Positions 27,592 to 37,836 of a stretch of 64,000 nucleotides of DNA are shown piece by piece. The notes beneath the pieces were generated by a model. That model did no database searches. It worked only from the letters and a program-made list of their open reading frames with translations, and was not told where the DNA came from. The DNA comes from an uncultured Thermoplasmata archaeon (GTDB taxonomy: Archaea > Thermoplasmatota > Thermoplasmata > RBG-16-68-12), in assembly GCA_963768855.1 (NCBI GenBank), contig CAVYJM010000017.1, positions 64,001 through 128,000 on the forward strand, in the 5' to 3' direction. The position numbers and the translations under genes were made by a program. Positions within the stretch are counted from its first letter, which is position 1, and every line of letters begins with the position of its first letter.

Positions 27592-28702
27592 GAAGGCGAA
27601 GGGCGCCGGGGCGCTGGCGTCGAACAAGGCCGTGGACGCGCTCTACGGGATCGCCGAGGAGATCTACGACGAGCTCGACCACGGCCAGGTCCCCAAGATG
27701 AAGATCCCCCTCCGCACGAAGGCGAACATCCGGTTCGACCCCAAGCACGCGGTCTGGAAGTACGGGAGCCTGATGGGGGTGCGGAGCGCGAAGAAGCTGA
27801 AGGGCGCGCTCATGCTCCTGCGGACGATGTACGTCCTCGAGTTCATCCAGGACATGATCAACACCTCGAAGTCTTCCACCCTGCGAGAGATGTACTACAT
27901 CTCCGAGGGCTGGGACGTGGCCAAGTTCCACTCCCAGGACGAGTCGAACCTCCTCGCGGAGGACCTCGAGGTCATCACGCAGCTCCTGCGGGAGGACTTC
28001 AAGCTCCGGCCCGAGGAGAGCGGCGCGAGCGTCATCGGCAACCTCACCCTCGAGGAGATCACGCGGAACGGCGAACGCAAGCGGATCAACTGCCGCGACG
28101 ACGTCGGCGACGCGGGCTACACGATCCCCTACAACATCGAGAAGGAGAAGGTCAAGTTCATCGACGCGGATGCGAAGTTCGTCCTGGCCATCGAGACGGG
28201 CGGCATGTTCGACCGACTCGTGGAGAACGGGTTCGACGAGGACGGCAAGTGCATCCTCGTGCATCTCAAGGGGCAGCCTTCGAGGAGCACACGGCGTCTG
28301 CTCAAGCGGCTCAACGAGGAGCTGAAGCTCCCGGTCGCGACGTTCACCGATGGCGACCCCTGGTCCTTCCGCATCCACGCCTCCGTGGCCTACGGCGCGA
28401 TCAAGACCGCGCACATCTCCGAGTACCTCGCCACGCCCACCGCCGAGTTCGTCGGGATCACGGCCAGCGACATCTTGAACTACGAGCTGCCGACCGACGT
28501 CCTCACGCCACGCGACGTCGGCGCGCTGAATGCGGAGCTCTCTGACCCCCGCTTCAACGACGAGTTCTGGCGGAACGAAATCCAGACAATGCTCCAGGTG
28601 AACAAGAAGGCGGAGCAGCAGGCGCTCGCGAAGTACGGCCTCGACTACGTCACGGACACGTACCTGCCGGAGAAGCTCGGACCCCTCGGTCTGATGCGCT
28701 GA
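27584..28702 (+). CDS. top6A: DNA topoisomerase VI subunit A (Spo11-like)
   Basis: TLREMYY (catalytic Tyr), [24 protein letters not shown] and KAEQQAL. Confidence 0.97.
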   Translation: MSKKAKGAGALASNKAVDALYGIAEEIYDELDHGQVPKMKIPLRTKANIRFDPKHAVWKYGSLMGVRSAKKLKGALMLLRTMYVLEFIQDMINTSKSSTLREMYYISEGWDVAKFHSQDESNLLAEDLEVITQLLREDFKLRPEESGASVIGNLTLEEITRNGERKRINCRDDVGDAGYTIPYNIEKEKVKFIDADAKFVLAIETGGMFDRLVENGFDEDGKCILVHLKGQPSRSTRRLLKRLNEELKLPVATFTDGDPWSFRIHASVAYGAIKTAHISEYLATPTAEFVGITASDILNYELPTDVLTPRDVGALNAELSDPRFNDEFWRNEIQTMLQVNKKAEQQALAKYGLDYVTDTYLPEKLGPLGLMR

Positions 28703-30817
28703 TCAGGGACTCTCGGGGGGAGCGCTCAGTACGCTCCCCAGGGTCCCGTCGACCCAGAGGGATCGCGTCTTGCCGCTCCCGTTGGACTGCATCTCGAACT
28801 TCCAGACCGGCAGAAGGCAGAGCTCCGGTTGCTCCGTCAAGACCTTCGCTCCGAGGGAGCGGTGGACGATCTCCTTGGCTTGGGAGGGACCGACCCGGGC
28901 CACAGGGACATGGTCGCCAATCTTCTGGGAGGGGCCGGGCTCCAGTTGGGCTTTCGTGGCGAGGGGTTCGAGTCGGGAGACGTCCTTGCGGGGGAACTCC
29001 TCGAAGCTCAGGCTCCCGTCGACCACGTGGGCGATTCCTCCCGAGGCGGCGTTCACGTAGAACTGGCGGGCGACCTTCCCTCCTTTTCGGCCCAACGGGA
29101 TTTCCGCCTCGACGCGCCACAGGGGGACGAAGTAGAACTCCTTCCCTGTGATTCGCTCCTTCGGGATGACGAGCATCCGTCGCTCAATGGAATCGTTGGC
29201 GCGCTTCGTTGCCTCGACGAGCGGGAACCGGAGAGGCAACCAGGCGATCTTGGCCGGAATGCCGCGGCGCACATCGAACCCAATCGTCGGGTCCCAGTAC
29301 ACGTCGCGGCCCTCGACGTGCTCGGGCCGCAGGAGGCGCGCCTCGGCTAGCTTCCGCAGGAGGATCGACAGAAAGCGTTCGTCCGCCGGGTTCATCCCTC
29401 CGACCTCCTCGAGGCCGTACAGTCCCGGATGATCCTCGAACAGATGCAGGACCCTCAATCCGATACCCTCCTCGACCTCGACCTTGGCGGTCGATTTCGC
29501 GGCCTTCGTCGCCGCGGCCGCTAGCTTCTGACGCTTCGTGGCCTTGTCGTCCGGGGCGGGCTTAGGAGTCGCGAGCTCGTGGGTCGACTGGATCTCGTGG
29601 AATTTTTCCTCCGGAACCACGACGTGTTGCGTCGCGAGACCGCGGACCTCGAGCTTTTCCACGCGGCCGAGGTGCTCCGGGGACAGGAGGAGGAACTGGC
29701 CCGCCTTCAGGGACGGGGCGAGGGAGAGGACCTCGTCAGGGTCGCTTGGATGAAGCGAGCCGACCAGATGGCGAACCCGATCCAGGTCCTGCTTCGCGAG
29801 GAGGCGGCCGAGGGCCCACGTGTTCGCCTGCCCCAGCGCCTTGTAGTCGAGGTCCGTTACGTTCTGGGTCGCGACGATGAGCCCGACGCCGTACTTGCGC
29901 GCCTGGCGGAAGAGCAGGGAGAGGAACTTCTTCGCGGGAGGGTTCTTCGGATGGGGCGGGCACAGCCCGGCCACCTCGTCGATGTAGAAGACCAGCCGCA
30001 GATGGCCGTTCGTCTCCGAGACCATCCAGTGGTAGACGTCCTCGCACAGGGTCGCGACCACCATCTCCCGCTCGGAGGGGCTCCTGAGGCCGCCCGTGTA
30101 GACGATGTTCACCGGCGTGCGGCCCTTCGGCGCCCAGGAGACCATCTCCTTGGCGTCGAGAGGGGGTCCTGCCGTGAACAGCAGGCCCTTCGCCCCGACC
30201 GTCATCGCCTTGGCCCGCCGCACGAGGGCGCTCCGTTCCTTGCGAGAGAGCAGGCCGCCGTCCGATGTCGACTCCCGTTCGAGAATCCGGGGAAGGTCCG
30301 AGACCTCCTTGGGCCACTTCCCCGCCTTCCACGCGTCTTGCAGGGCGAGGTAGATCGAGTCCTTCGCCCGAGACCCGCTGTCTGACGTGAGCGTGTAGCC
30401 CATCGCCGAGGCGAGCCCCTCCGCGATCGCGTCCAGATACAGCACCGCATCTTCGGCAGCCTCGGTGGCGGGGGCGTCCTTCAGGGGGTTCAGGCTCCGT
30501 GCCACGCCATGGCGTGACCCGGGCGTGAGGATCTGGATGGCGGCGCGGGACCAGTATTCGTCCCGCGCGTCCTCGGGCGTCCCGTGGGCCTCGGACGACT
30601 CCTGACTCGCGGCGATGGCGAGGGACGCGAGGTCCCCCTGGCTGTCCACCGCGATGACGGGGATGCCGGCGCGGACGGCCTCCTCGAGGATCGCTTTTCC
30701 GAGGACGGTCTTCCCCGACCCTGTGGCGCCCAGGATCACGACGTGGCGGAGGAGGTCCTCTTCGGGCAGCCGAATCGGCTCGCCGGTGTCCGGATTCCTC
30801 CCTAGATGAAGCGGCAT
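28703..30817 (-). CDS. HerA/FtsK-superfamily (DUF87-like) ATPase with C-terminal wHTH-like and duplicated beta domains
   Basis: RHVVILGATGSGKT, IAVDSQGD, LVFYIDEV and QARKYGVGLIVATQN. Confidence 0.85.
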   Translation of the reverse strand: MPLHLGRNPDTGEPIRLPEEDLLRHVVILGATGSGKTVLGKAILEEAVRAGIPVIAVDSQGDLASLAIAASQESSEAHGTPEDARDEYWSRAAIQILTPGSRHGVARSLNPLKDAPATEAAEDAVLYLDAIAEGLASAMGYTLTSDSGSRAKDSIYLALQDAWKAGKWPKEVSDLPRILERESTSDGGLLSRKERSALVRRAKAMTVGAKGLLFTAGPPLDAKEMVSWAPKGRTPVNIVYTGGLRSPSEREMVVATLCEDVYHWMVSETNGHLRLVFYIDEVAGLCPPHPKNPPAKKFLSLLFRQARKYGVGLIVATQNVTDLDYKALGQANTWALGRLLAKQDLDRVRHLVGSLHPSDPDEVLSLAPSLKAGQFLLLSPEHLGRVEKLEVRGLATQHVVVPEEKFHEIQSTHELATPKPAPDDKATKRQKLAAAATKAAKSTAKVEVEEGIGLRVLHLFEDHPGLYGLEEVGGMNPADERFLSILLRKLAEARLLRPEHVEGRDVYWDPTIGFDVRRGIPAKIAWLPLRFPLVEATKRANDSIERRMLVIPKERITGKEFYFVPLWRVEAEIPLGRKGGKVARQFYVNAASGGIAHVVDGSLSFEEFPRKDVSRLEPLATKAQLEPGPSQKIGDHVPVARVGPSQAKEIVHRSLGAKVLTEQPELCLLPVWKFEMQSNGSGKTRSLWVDGTLGSVLSAPPESP

Positions 30818-30990
30818 AGGGGCCTTCCAACCCGTCGCGAACCAGAGCTAGTCCCCGGGCTCGCATATATCTTTGTCGGGGCTCCCCGGGGCTTCCGTAC
30901 GCCGACCTATTGTAATTATACTACGGGCCGAGGATTCTTACGAACCGCGCCGCCCAAGGGGACCGAAGCGTTTCGAAGGACTGTGTGTGC

Positions 30991-31902
30991 ATGTTCTATG
31001 AGGTTCGGTTCCATGGCCGCGGAGGCCAGGGGGCCGTCATGGCGGCGCAGGCCCTCGCGGTGGCGGCGTCCCACGATGGGTTTTCGGCGATCGCGTTCCC
31101 GTTCTTCGGCGCGGAGCGGCGCGGGGCACCCGTGCTCGCCTTCGCCCGGTTCGGGGAGGAGCGGCTGCGCGTCCGCACCCAGGTGTACGAACCGCACTAC
31201 GTCGTCGTCCTCGACGAGAGCCTGATCGACACGGTCGACGTGCTCGCGGGACTGCGGCCCGGCGGCATGGTCATCGTGAACACGACCCGGTCCCCGGATC
31301 GCCTCGTGCTCTCCAAGAAGGCCAAGTCCGCGACGGTCGACGCCACGTCCATCGCGCTCGAGTACACGAAGCAGGCCGCGGTGAACACGGCCATGCTCGG
31401 CGCCTTCGCGAAGGCCACCGGGCTCATCACGATCGAGGGGGTCGAGGCCGGGATCATGGAGGTCTTCGGCCGCCGCCTGTCCAAGGAGATCGCGGATCGC
31501 AACGTGGCCGCGGCACGCGCCGCGTACGACGCCACCCGGCTGGGGGAAGCGGACAGCGGCCGAGTCTATCCCAAGGTCTCGAAGTGGCTGCCCACCGCCC
31601 AGGAGCTGCCTCCCGGACTCGCGACGCCCGCGATGGAAACCCCCTTCGGGCGCGTCGGCGTGGGCAGCTCGCCCTCGAACCGCACGGGCGGATGGCGCGT
31701 GAGCAAGCCCATCCTGGACGGCTCGAAGTGCACGAACTGCCTCCTGTGCTGGTTCTACTGCCCGGACGGCTCGATCGCCCGGGGCGACAAGATCGTCGAG
31801 ATCCACTACGATTACTGCAAGGGCTGCGGCGTCTGCGCCGCGGTCTGCGCCCCGAAGGCGATTCACATGGAACGCGAACTCGAAGAAGAGGTGAAGGCAT
31901 GA
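30991..31902 (+). CDS. 2-oxoacid:ferredoxin oxidoreductase gamma subunit fused to delta (2x[4Fe-4S]) subunit
   Basis: EVRFHGRGGQG, FGAERRGAP and NTAMLGA (gamma), then GGWRVSKP..CTNCLLCWFYCP..CKGCGVCAAVCAP (delta). Confidence 0.9.
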   Translation: MFYEVRFHGRGGQGAVMAAQALAVAASHDGFSAIAFPFFGAERRGAPVLAFARFGEERLRVRTQVYEPHYVVVLDESLIDTVDVLAGLRPGGMVIVNTTRSPDRLVLSKKAKSATVDATSIALEYTKQAAVNTAMLGAFAKATGLITIEGVEAGIMEVFGRRLSKEIADRNVAAARAAYDATRLGEADSGRVYPKVSKWLPTAQELPPGLATPAMETPFGRVGVGSSPSNRTGGWRVSKPILDGSKCTNCLLCWFYCPDGSIARGDKIVEIHYDYCKGCGVCAAVCAPKAIHMERELEEEVKA

Positions 31903-33110
31903 TCGCGCCGAAGCTGGCGACGACGGGCGAGCGGCGCATGGTCACCGGAGACTATGCCGCGGCGTGGGGCGCCATGGTGTCCCGGCCGCAGGTCGTGGCC
32001 GCCTACCCGATCACGCCCCAGACGATGATCATCGAACACCTGGCGGAGTTCCTGGCGGCCGGGAAGCTCGACGCGGAGATGATGCGCGTCGAGTCCGAGC
32101 ACAGCGCGATGTCCGCGGTCATCGCGGCCGAAGCCACCGGGGTGCGCACGTACACCGCGACCTCGTCCCAGGGCCTCGCACTCATGCACGAGCCGCTGTT
32201 CGTCTCCCCGCCCATGCACCTGCCCATCGTCATGTCCGTCGTGAACCGCACGGTGGCTGCGCCCCTCGGCATCTGGGTCGAGCACAACGACACGATGCCC
32301 CAGCGCGACTCGGGCTGGATGCAGGTCTACGTCGAGGACGCCCAGGAGGCCCTCGACATGGTGCTCCAGGGGTACCGCATCGCGGAGCACCCGGAGGTCG
32401 AACTGCCCTTGATGACCGGCATGGATGCGTTCCTCGTGTCCCACACGATCGAATCGGTCGACCTGATCAACCAGGAGGACGCGGACAAGTTCCTTCCCGC
32501 CTACAAGCCCGTGCACGCGTATCTCGACCCCGAGCGGCCCCTCGTGCTCGGCGCGGCCTCGCCGCCCGAGTACATCCAGGAGTCGCGGTGGGAGACGGAC
32601 CTGCGCATGCGCCGCGCCACGGAGATCCTCGAAGAGACGGACCGCGAGTTCGGCCGGGCATTCGGCCGCGCCTACGGCGGCGCGTTCGAGACCTACCGCC
32701 TCGAAGACGCGGATGTCGCGCTCATGACGCTCGGCACGGTCACCTCGACCGCGCGCGAGGTCGTCGACCGCCTCCGCGCGCAGGGCGAACGCGTGGGCCT
32801 GATCAAACTGCGCTTCTTCCGGCCGTTCCCCACGGAGCGGCTCCAGGAGGCGACATCGCACCTGAAGGCCCTCGGCGTCTACGACCGCGCCGTCTCGTAC
32901 GGCGTCGGCGGTCCGAGCTACATCGAGGCCCGCAACGCCCTCTACGACTCCACGACGATGCCCATCCTCGGGTTCCTCGCCGGCCTCGGCGGCCGGGACG
33001 TGACCCCGCAGGACGTGGAGCTCATGTTCAAGAAGACGCTCGGGGCGATCGGCCGCGGGCGGCGGGCGAGCGGCGTGCACTGGATCGGCACCCGGGGGGT
33101 GAGCCCATGA
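31899..33110 (+). CDS. porA: Pyruvate/2-ketoisovalerate:ferredoxin oxidoreductase alpha subunit
   Basis: AAYPITPQT, VESEHSAMS, TATSSQGL, RDSGW and GLGGRD. Confidence 0.9.
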   Translation: MIAPKLATTGERRMVTGDYAAAWGAMVSRPQVVAAYPITPQTMIIEHLAEFLAAGKLDAEMMRVESEHSAMSAVIAAEATGVRTYTATSSQGLALMHEPLFVSPPMHLPIVMSVVNRTVAAPLGIWVEHNDTMPQRDSGWMQVYVEDAQEALDMVLQGYRIAEHPEVELPLMTGMDAFLVSHTIESVDLINQEDADKFLPAYKPVHAYLDPERPLVLGAASPPEYIQESRWETDLRMRRATEILEETDREFGRAFGRAYGGAFETYRLEDADVALMTLGTVTSTAREVVDRLRAQGERVGLIKLRFFRPFPTERLQEATSHLKALGVYDRAVSYGVGGPSYIEARNALYDSTTMPILGFLAGLGGRDVTPQDVELMFKKTLGAIGRGRRASGVHWIGTRGVSP

Positions 33111-34039
33111 CGACGATCAAAGAGCTGACCGAGGAGGACTACTTCCTCTCCGGACACACGGCTTGCCCGGGCTGCGGCGGCGCGATGGTCGTCCGCGAGA
33201 CGATGAAGGTCCTCGGACCGAACACGGTCGTGTACATGCCGGCCTCGTGCCTGCTGATCTTCAGCGACATGTACCCCTACAACGCGTTCAAGGTGCCCAG
33301 CCTCCAGGTCCTCTTCGAGACCTCGGCGATCTGCGCGTCCGGCATCAAGCGCGCCCTGAAGCGCCTCGGCAAGGACGACGTGACCGTCGTCGCGTTCGCC
33401 GGAGACGGGGGAACCGCGGACATCGGGATGCAGGCCCTCAGCGGTGCGGCGGAGCGCAACGAGGACATCCTCTACGTCTGCTACGACAACGAGGCCTACA
33501 TGAACACGGGCATCCAGCGCAGCGGCACGACGCCGTTCGGCGCGTGGACCACCACGACGCCCCTGGGCGGGACGTCGGAGGGACGGGGCAAGAACGAGTT
33601 CAAGAAGGACGTGCCCCGGATCCTCATGGCCCACGACGTGCCCTACGTGGCCACGGCCAGCCTCGGGTTCCCGGCGGACTTCCTCAAGAAGCTCGACAAG
33701 GCGAAGGCGAAGAAGGGCTTCCGCTACCTGCACGTGCTCGCGCCCTGCCCCGTCGGGTGGCGCGCGGAGTCCGACACGACCGTGGACCTCGCCAAGCTCG
33801 CCGTCGAGACGGGCATCTTCACCCTCCTGGAGTTCGAGGACGGCGTCCTCACGCTGAACCGCGAGCCGCGCTTCACGCCGGTCCGCGAGTACCTGAAGCT
33901 GCAGGGACGGTTCCGGCACCTGAAGGACGACCAGATCGCGGCAATCGAGAAGTGGGTCAAGGACAAGTGGGAGCGCGACCGCGCGCTCGCGAAGGCCCTC
34001 GGCCCGAAGCCCAAGGCGCCCGTGCTCGTGTCCCGGTGA
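33107..34039 (+). CDS. porB: Pyruvate/2-ketoisovalerate:ferredoxin oxidoreductase beta subunit (TPP-binding)
   Basis: GHTACPGCG, GDGGTADIG, YDNEAYMNTGIQRS and LAPCPVGW. Confidence 0.92.
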   Translation: MTTIKELTEEDYFLSGHTACPGCGGAMVVRETMKVLGPNTVVYMPASCLLIFSDMYPYNAFKVPSLQVLFETSAICASGIKRALKRLGKDDVTVVAFAGDGGTADIGMQALSGAAERNEDILYVCYDNEAYMNTGIQRSGTTPFGAWTTTTPLGGTSEGRGKNEFKKDVPRILMAHDVPYVATASLGFPADFLKKLDKAKAKKGFRYLHVLAPCPVGWRAESDTTVDLAKLAVETGIFTLLEFEDGVLTLNREPRFTPVREYLKLQGRFRHLKDDQIAAIEKWVKDKWERDRALAKALGPKPKAPVLVSR

Positions 34040-34052
34040 GCGGCCCGCTCGA

Positions 34053-36932
34053 TCAGGCCAGCGGCCGTTTGCGCCGGCGGCGCAGGACGATCACGAGGGC
34101 GACCCCGAGGACCACCGCGACGATGAGGGTCGCGAGTCCGCCGACGATCAGGACGTTCGGCCCGAAGGTCCCGACGACCGTGGCTGGCGCGTTCAGATGG
34201 AGCGTGGTCGGACTCGAGCTCCCGGATGCAGCTCCGGACCAGCCTATGAAAGTCTGGGTCGAGGAACCTGGAGAGGCCGCGAGCGTCACGACCGTTCCGA
34301 CGGGCACGTAGATTGTCATCGACGAACCGGAGGCCACGATTCCGGACGCGGTACCATACGAGAAGCCGATCGAACCGCCGTCGCCCGCGGTGATCGTCAG
34401 TCCTGCGTCGAACACGGCGGTCACGTTCAACGGACCGAAGGCCTGAAGGAAGAGACTCGTGGTCGTTCCGGACGCGTCACCAGCCCAGCGGTCGAACCGC
34501 CAGCCGGGCGGAGCGGTGGCGACGAGAGGGACGGTGGAGCCCGCGTCGACCCAGGCGGGAGCCGTCACCGCAGAAGCCAGGCTCGCGGGCTCTACGCTAG
34601 TCGAAATCCGGAACTGCTCCCGGTACAGCACCGTGATCGTCCCGGACGCCGTGACGGTCCCGTTGCCGTTGGCCCCGGTTCCCCAACGAACGCTCGGCGA
34701 GGCGCCCGCCAGGGCGGCGTCGTAGGCGTAGGCCGCCTGGGAATCCGCCCACACGGTGGCATTGAGGGGGGAGGATCTTGCGGCCCCGAGGTACGAGTAC
34801 TGGATCGAGGGGATCGAGGCCGTCGCGGTGCCCTGGACCGTGTACTCGAAGGTCATGAGGACCTGGTGGTAGTAGGACAGGTTCAGGTCGAGGGGTCCGA
34901 GCAGGGTCCCGTTGACCGTGCTCGATGTGATCCACCGCTCCGTGCCCGTCGATCCGGCGAGCTGAGATGCGACGGAATACGGAGAATTCGCATCGACGAA
35001 GACCCGGGCGGGCGGGTCGAACGCCTGAGCGGCCCCGAAGACGACCGCCGAGAGGCGGGGAGCGTCCGTGTATCCGGTCCCGCCCAGGGCGGTGTACGCG
35101 AAGGAGATCGCGTACTGATGGTAATAGGTAAAGGAGATCGGGATCGAGGTGGACGTGTTCGCCCACCCCGAGGTCGCGGGCAGGCCGCCAGTGTTGAGGG
35201 TCCAGATCTCCCCCGAGGACGCTGAGGACCCGGGGAGCTGGGGGCCGACGCTCCACTGAGTGCCCGGATCGACGAGGATGGTGGTCGGGCCCGGACCGAA
35301 CGCGGTCTGGGTGAGCACGCCACCGTTCTGGTGGGAGACCAGCGGCGAGGAGTAGCCGGTGCCTCCGCCCACGACCTGATAGGTGAGCGTGATCGCTGCC
35401 TTTATCGAGACGGAGACGACGTGCGTGGACCACCCGGCCGACGTGCCCATCTGGCCCGCGAGCCAGACGATGGACGAGTTGCCCGGGTCGAGCGCCGCGC
35501 CGAAGTAGTCGCCGTACCGGCAGGTCGTCTTGCAAGACCCGGGGCTCTCCGGCCCCGACCCGGCGGCTACCACTTGAGCAGGGGTCAGCGTGTTCGGCGC
35601 ATCGGCCGGAAGCCGTCCGGACACCATGACGCCCGGGTAGTCCGTGGAGGACGAGTACCCGTACACGACCGCCAGGGCGCCGCTCCCGTCCACCCGGAGA
35701 CCGGGATAGAACACGTCCCGGCCCGCGACGTCGATGTCGAAGTCCTGCAGGAGGGTTCCCGCCGCGGTGTCGATCTGGACGAGGCGGATACAGGCCCGCG
35801 AGGATGCCGAGAGGCAGGCCTCGTCGAAGCCGAGCCACAGCGTGCCCCCCAACCACACGGCGTCGCTGACCCGGATGTCGGCGGTGTCAATCGTGTTCTT
35901 GGAGCCGAGCTGGGGCGCCGGGGGCGGCACGGCCGCCGTGGGCATGGACAGGCTCGTGACGCTCACGGTCACCGCGGCGGGCGGCGTGCCGGAGACGGTG
36001 AACAGGTGGAGAGTGTTCGAGGTGGTCTGGGCCCCGGGCCAGTACGCCGAGACCATGTATTGCTGGGCGCTGGCCCCCTCAATCTGCGCGGGGTGGATGG
36101 AGAACTCGTTTGGGTCAGGCGTCGACACGAACGTCCCGGGAGAGACCGACCCCGCGACGAGGTCCGCCTTGTTGAGCACCCAGTACTGCGCCCCGACGTA
36201 CGTGAACGGGCTCGACGTGCATGACGAGAAGTCGTTCGTGGAGACGATGACCGTGGACGTTCCCACACCGAGGATGGGCTGGTCCAGGCACGCGCTTCCG
36301 GCGATCGTGAAGTGGTGCCAGGGGCCGGTGGGATCGGAACTGCCGGAGACCGCGAGCAGGACGCTGCTCGTCGTCACGTCGGTCACGGTCGCGAACCATC
36401 GACCGCTTCCCGAGTCGTACTGGACCTTCGGATCCGAGATGAAGTCCGCGCCCGAGTTGAAGAAGACCGCGAGGTCCGTCAGCTGGACTTGCGTACCCGA
36501 TTTCGTGTACACACCCATCAGCAGGTTGACCATCTCGACGACGTACGTGGGGCCTGCGGACAGGATGACGTCCGGCGGCACCCATCCGTTCGAGATTCCC
36601 CCATTCGTTCCATAATGCAGCGCATCCCATTCTGCGACCGTTTCGACCGTGGAGGGGGCTGGGGCGGGCGGGGCGGAGAGCACCGGAGCGCCGGCCTCGC
36701 CGACGATCGATTGAGGCGAGACCTGCGGGCCGCCAATCAGGCCCGTCCGCGGCAGGAGCGTCGGCGTCTTCGTCAGCGCAGATACAGTCGGGAGGCTCGG
36801 CACGGCCGACCCGGAGGAGTGCGCGGAGCTCCCTGGCGCGAGCGGGGTCCCGGACAGGGTGGCGTACCCGGCGGGCAGGAGCAGCGCTCCGATCGCAATC
36901 CAAGCGAGGAGTTCACGCCTCGATGACAGCAT
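34053..36932 (-). CDS. Large secreted, membrane-anchored surface protein (959 aa)
   Basis: N-terminal signal-like hydrophobic segment, a VPPDVILSAGPTYVVEMVN domain, S/T/G/Y-rich beta repeats (YYHQY.I.F.Y; W.GDASG), and a C-terminal TM followed by RRRRKR. Confidence 0.8.
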   Translation of the reverse strand: MLSSRRELLAWIAIGALLLPAGYATLSGTPLAPGSSAHSSGSAVPSLPTVSALTKTPTLLPRTGLIGGPQVSPQSIVGEAGAPVLSAPPAPAPSTVETVAEWDALHYGTNGGISNGWVPPDVILSAGPTYVVEMVNLLMGVYTKSGTQVQLTDLAVFFNSGADFISDPKVQYDSGSGRWFATVTDVTTSSVLLAVSGSSDPTGPWHHFTIAGSACLDQPILGVGTSTVIVSTNDFSSCTSSPFTYVGAQYWVLNKADLVAGSVSPGTFVSTPDPNEFSIHPAQIEGASAQQYMVSAYWPGAQTTSNTLHLFTVSGTPPAAVTVSVTSLSMPTAAVPPPAPQLGSKNTIDTADIRVSDAVWLGGTLWLGFDEACLSASSRACIRLVQIDTAAGTLLQDFDIDVAGRDVFYPGLRVDGSGALAVVYGYSSSTDYPGVMVSGRLPADAPNTLTPAQVVAAGSGPESPGSCKTTCRYGDYFGAALDPGNSSIVWLAGQMGTSAGWSTHVVSVSIKAAITLTYQVVGGGTGYSSPLVSHQNGGVLTQTAFGPGPTTILVDPGTQWSVGPQLPGSSASSGEIWTLNTGGLPATSGWANTSTSIPISFTYYHQYAISFAYTALGGTGYTDAPRLSAVVFGAAQAFDPPARVFVDANSPYSVASQLAGSTGTERWITSSTVNGTLLGPLDLNLSYYHQVLMTFEYTVQGTATASIPSIQYSYLGAARSSPLNATVWADSQAAYAYDAALAGASPSVRWGTGANGNGTVTASGTITVLYREQFRISTSVEPASLASAVTAPAWVDAGSTVPLVATAPPGWRFDRWAGDASGTTTSLFLQAFGPLNVTAVFDAGLTITAGDGGSIGFSYGTASGIVASGSSMTIYVPVGTVVTLAASPGSSTQTFIGWSGAASGSSSPTTLHLNAPATVVGTFGPNVLIVGGLATLIVAVVLGVALVIVLRRRRKRPLA

Positions 36933-37077
36933 AGCCAGCCATCCAGGATAAGTTCCTCGTGCGAGGACACTCGGACGAAATAAGGGTATCTGTTGCCCGC
37001 AAGCACGGAAGGACCGAAAACGGTGGTCCCCCTCGAGGATCGATGGCTTGGTCGTGCGTGGCGGAGCCGAGAGGAAA

Positions 37078-37151
37078 CGCCCCTGTGGGGATTTGAACCC
37101 CAGTCTGAAGCTCCGCAGGCTTCTAGCCTATCCAAACTAGCCTACAGGGGC
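37078..37151 (-). tRNA. tRNA-Arg (anticodon GCG), CCA not encoded
   Basis: Minus strand folds as acceptor GCCCCTG/CAGGGGC, D stem GGCT/GGCT with two G-U pairs, anticodon GAAGC-CTGCGGA-GCTTC, and T arm TGGGG-TTCAAAT-CCCCA; 74 nt. Confidence 0.95.
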
Positions 37152-37194
37152 GCGAGGGCTCGCATGGGCTCGCGATACAAAAACGCTTGGGTGT

Positions 37195-37836
37195 TCAGGC
37201 ACGAGGGGTGGAGCCCAGCGCGTCCTGGACGCGCTGACTGATCTCCTTGATGACGCCGCTCGCATAGACCTCCCGGAGGAGCCCACGCTCCTTGTAGTAC
37301 TGGATGAGCGGCGCCGTCTGCCGCTCATACGTCTCGATCCGAGTCCGCACGACCTCCTCGCGATCATCAGGACGGGTGACCAGGGCGCTTCCACACTTGT
37401 CGCAAACGTCTGGCTTCTTCGGAGGGTTCGATGCCACGTGGTACACGGATTCGCACTTCGGGCAGATCCGTCGTCCCGCGCTTCGTTTCACAAGCTCTTC
37501 GGGTTCCAGGAAGAGGTTGACGACCGCGTCGAGCGGCGTGAGCCCTGCGAGTGCCTCCGCCTGCGCAATCGTCCGGGGGAAGCCGTCGAGGATGAAGCCG
37601 TTGCGGGCGTCCGGCTCCTTCAGGCGCTCGGCCGTCATGGCGATCACGAGGTCGTCGGGGACGAGCTTGCCCGATTCCATGAACGCCTTCGCCTTCTTCC
37701 CGAGTTCCGTCCCCTGCGCGACGTTCCGGCGCAGGATGTCTCCCGTGGAGATGCGGGGCACCCGGAGGGTTTCCGCAAGCCGGGCGGCCTGGGTGCCCTT
37801 GCCCGAACCCGGCGGCCCCAGGAGGACGAGACGCAT
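37195..37836 (-). CDS. adk: Adenylate kinase (bacterial-type with zinc LID)
   Basis: LLGPPGSGKGTQA, ISTGDILR, GKLVPDD, LDGFPRT, RRICPKC..C..CG and RPDD. Confidence 0.95.
   Translation of the reverse strand: MRLVLLGPPGSGKGTQAARLAETLRVPRISTGDILRRNVAQGTELGKKAKAFMESGKLVPDDLVIAMTAERLKEPDARNGFILDGFPRTIAQAEALAGLTPLDAVVNLFLEPEELVKRSAGRRICPKCESVYHVASNPPKKPDVCDKCGSALVTRPDDREEVVRTRIETYERQTAPLIQYYKERGLLREVYASGVIKEISQRVQDALGSTPRA

Noticed and set aside
37113-37144. Direct repeat CTAGCCTA twice
   Set aside because: It is simply the two GGCT strands of the tRNA D stem.
34040-37151. Integrative element with att sites at tRNA-Arg
   Set aside because: No duplicated tRNA 3' end was seen and no integrase is in the window.
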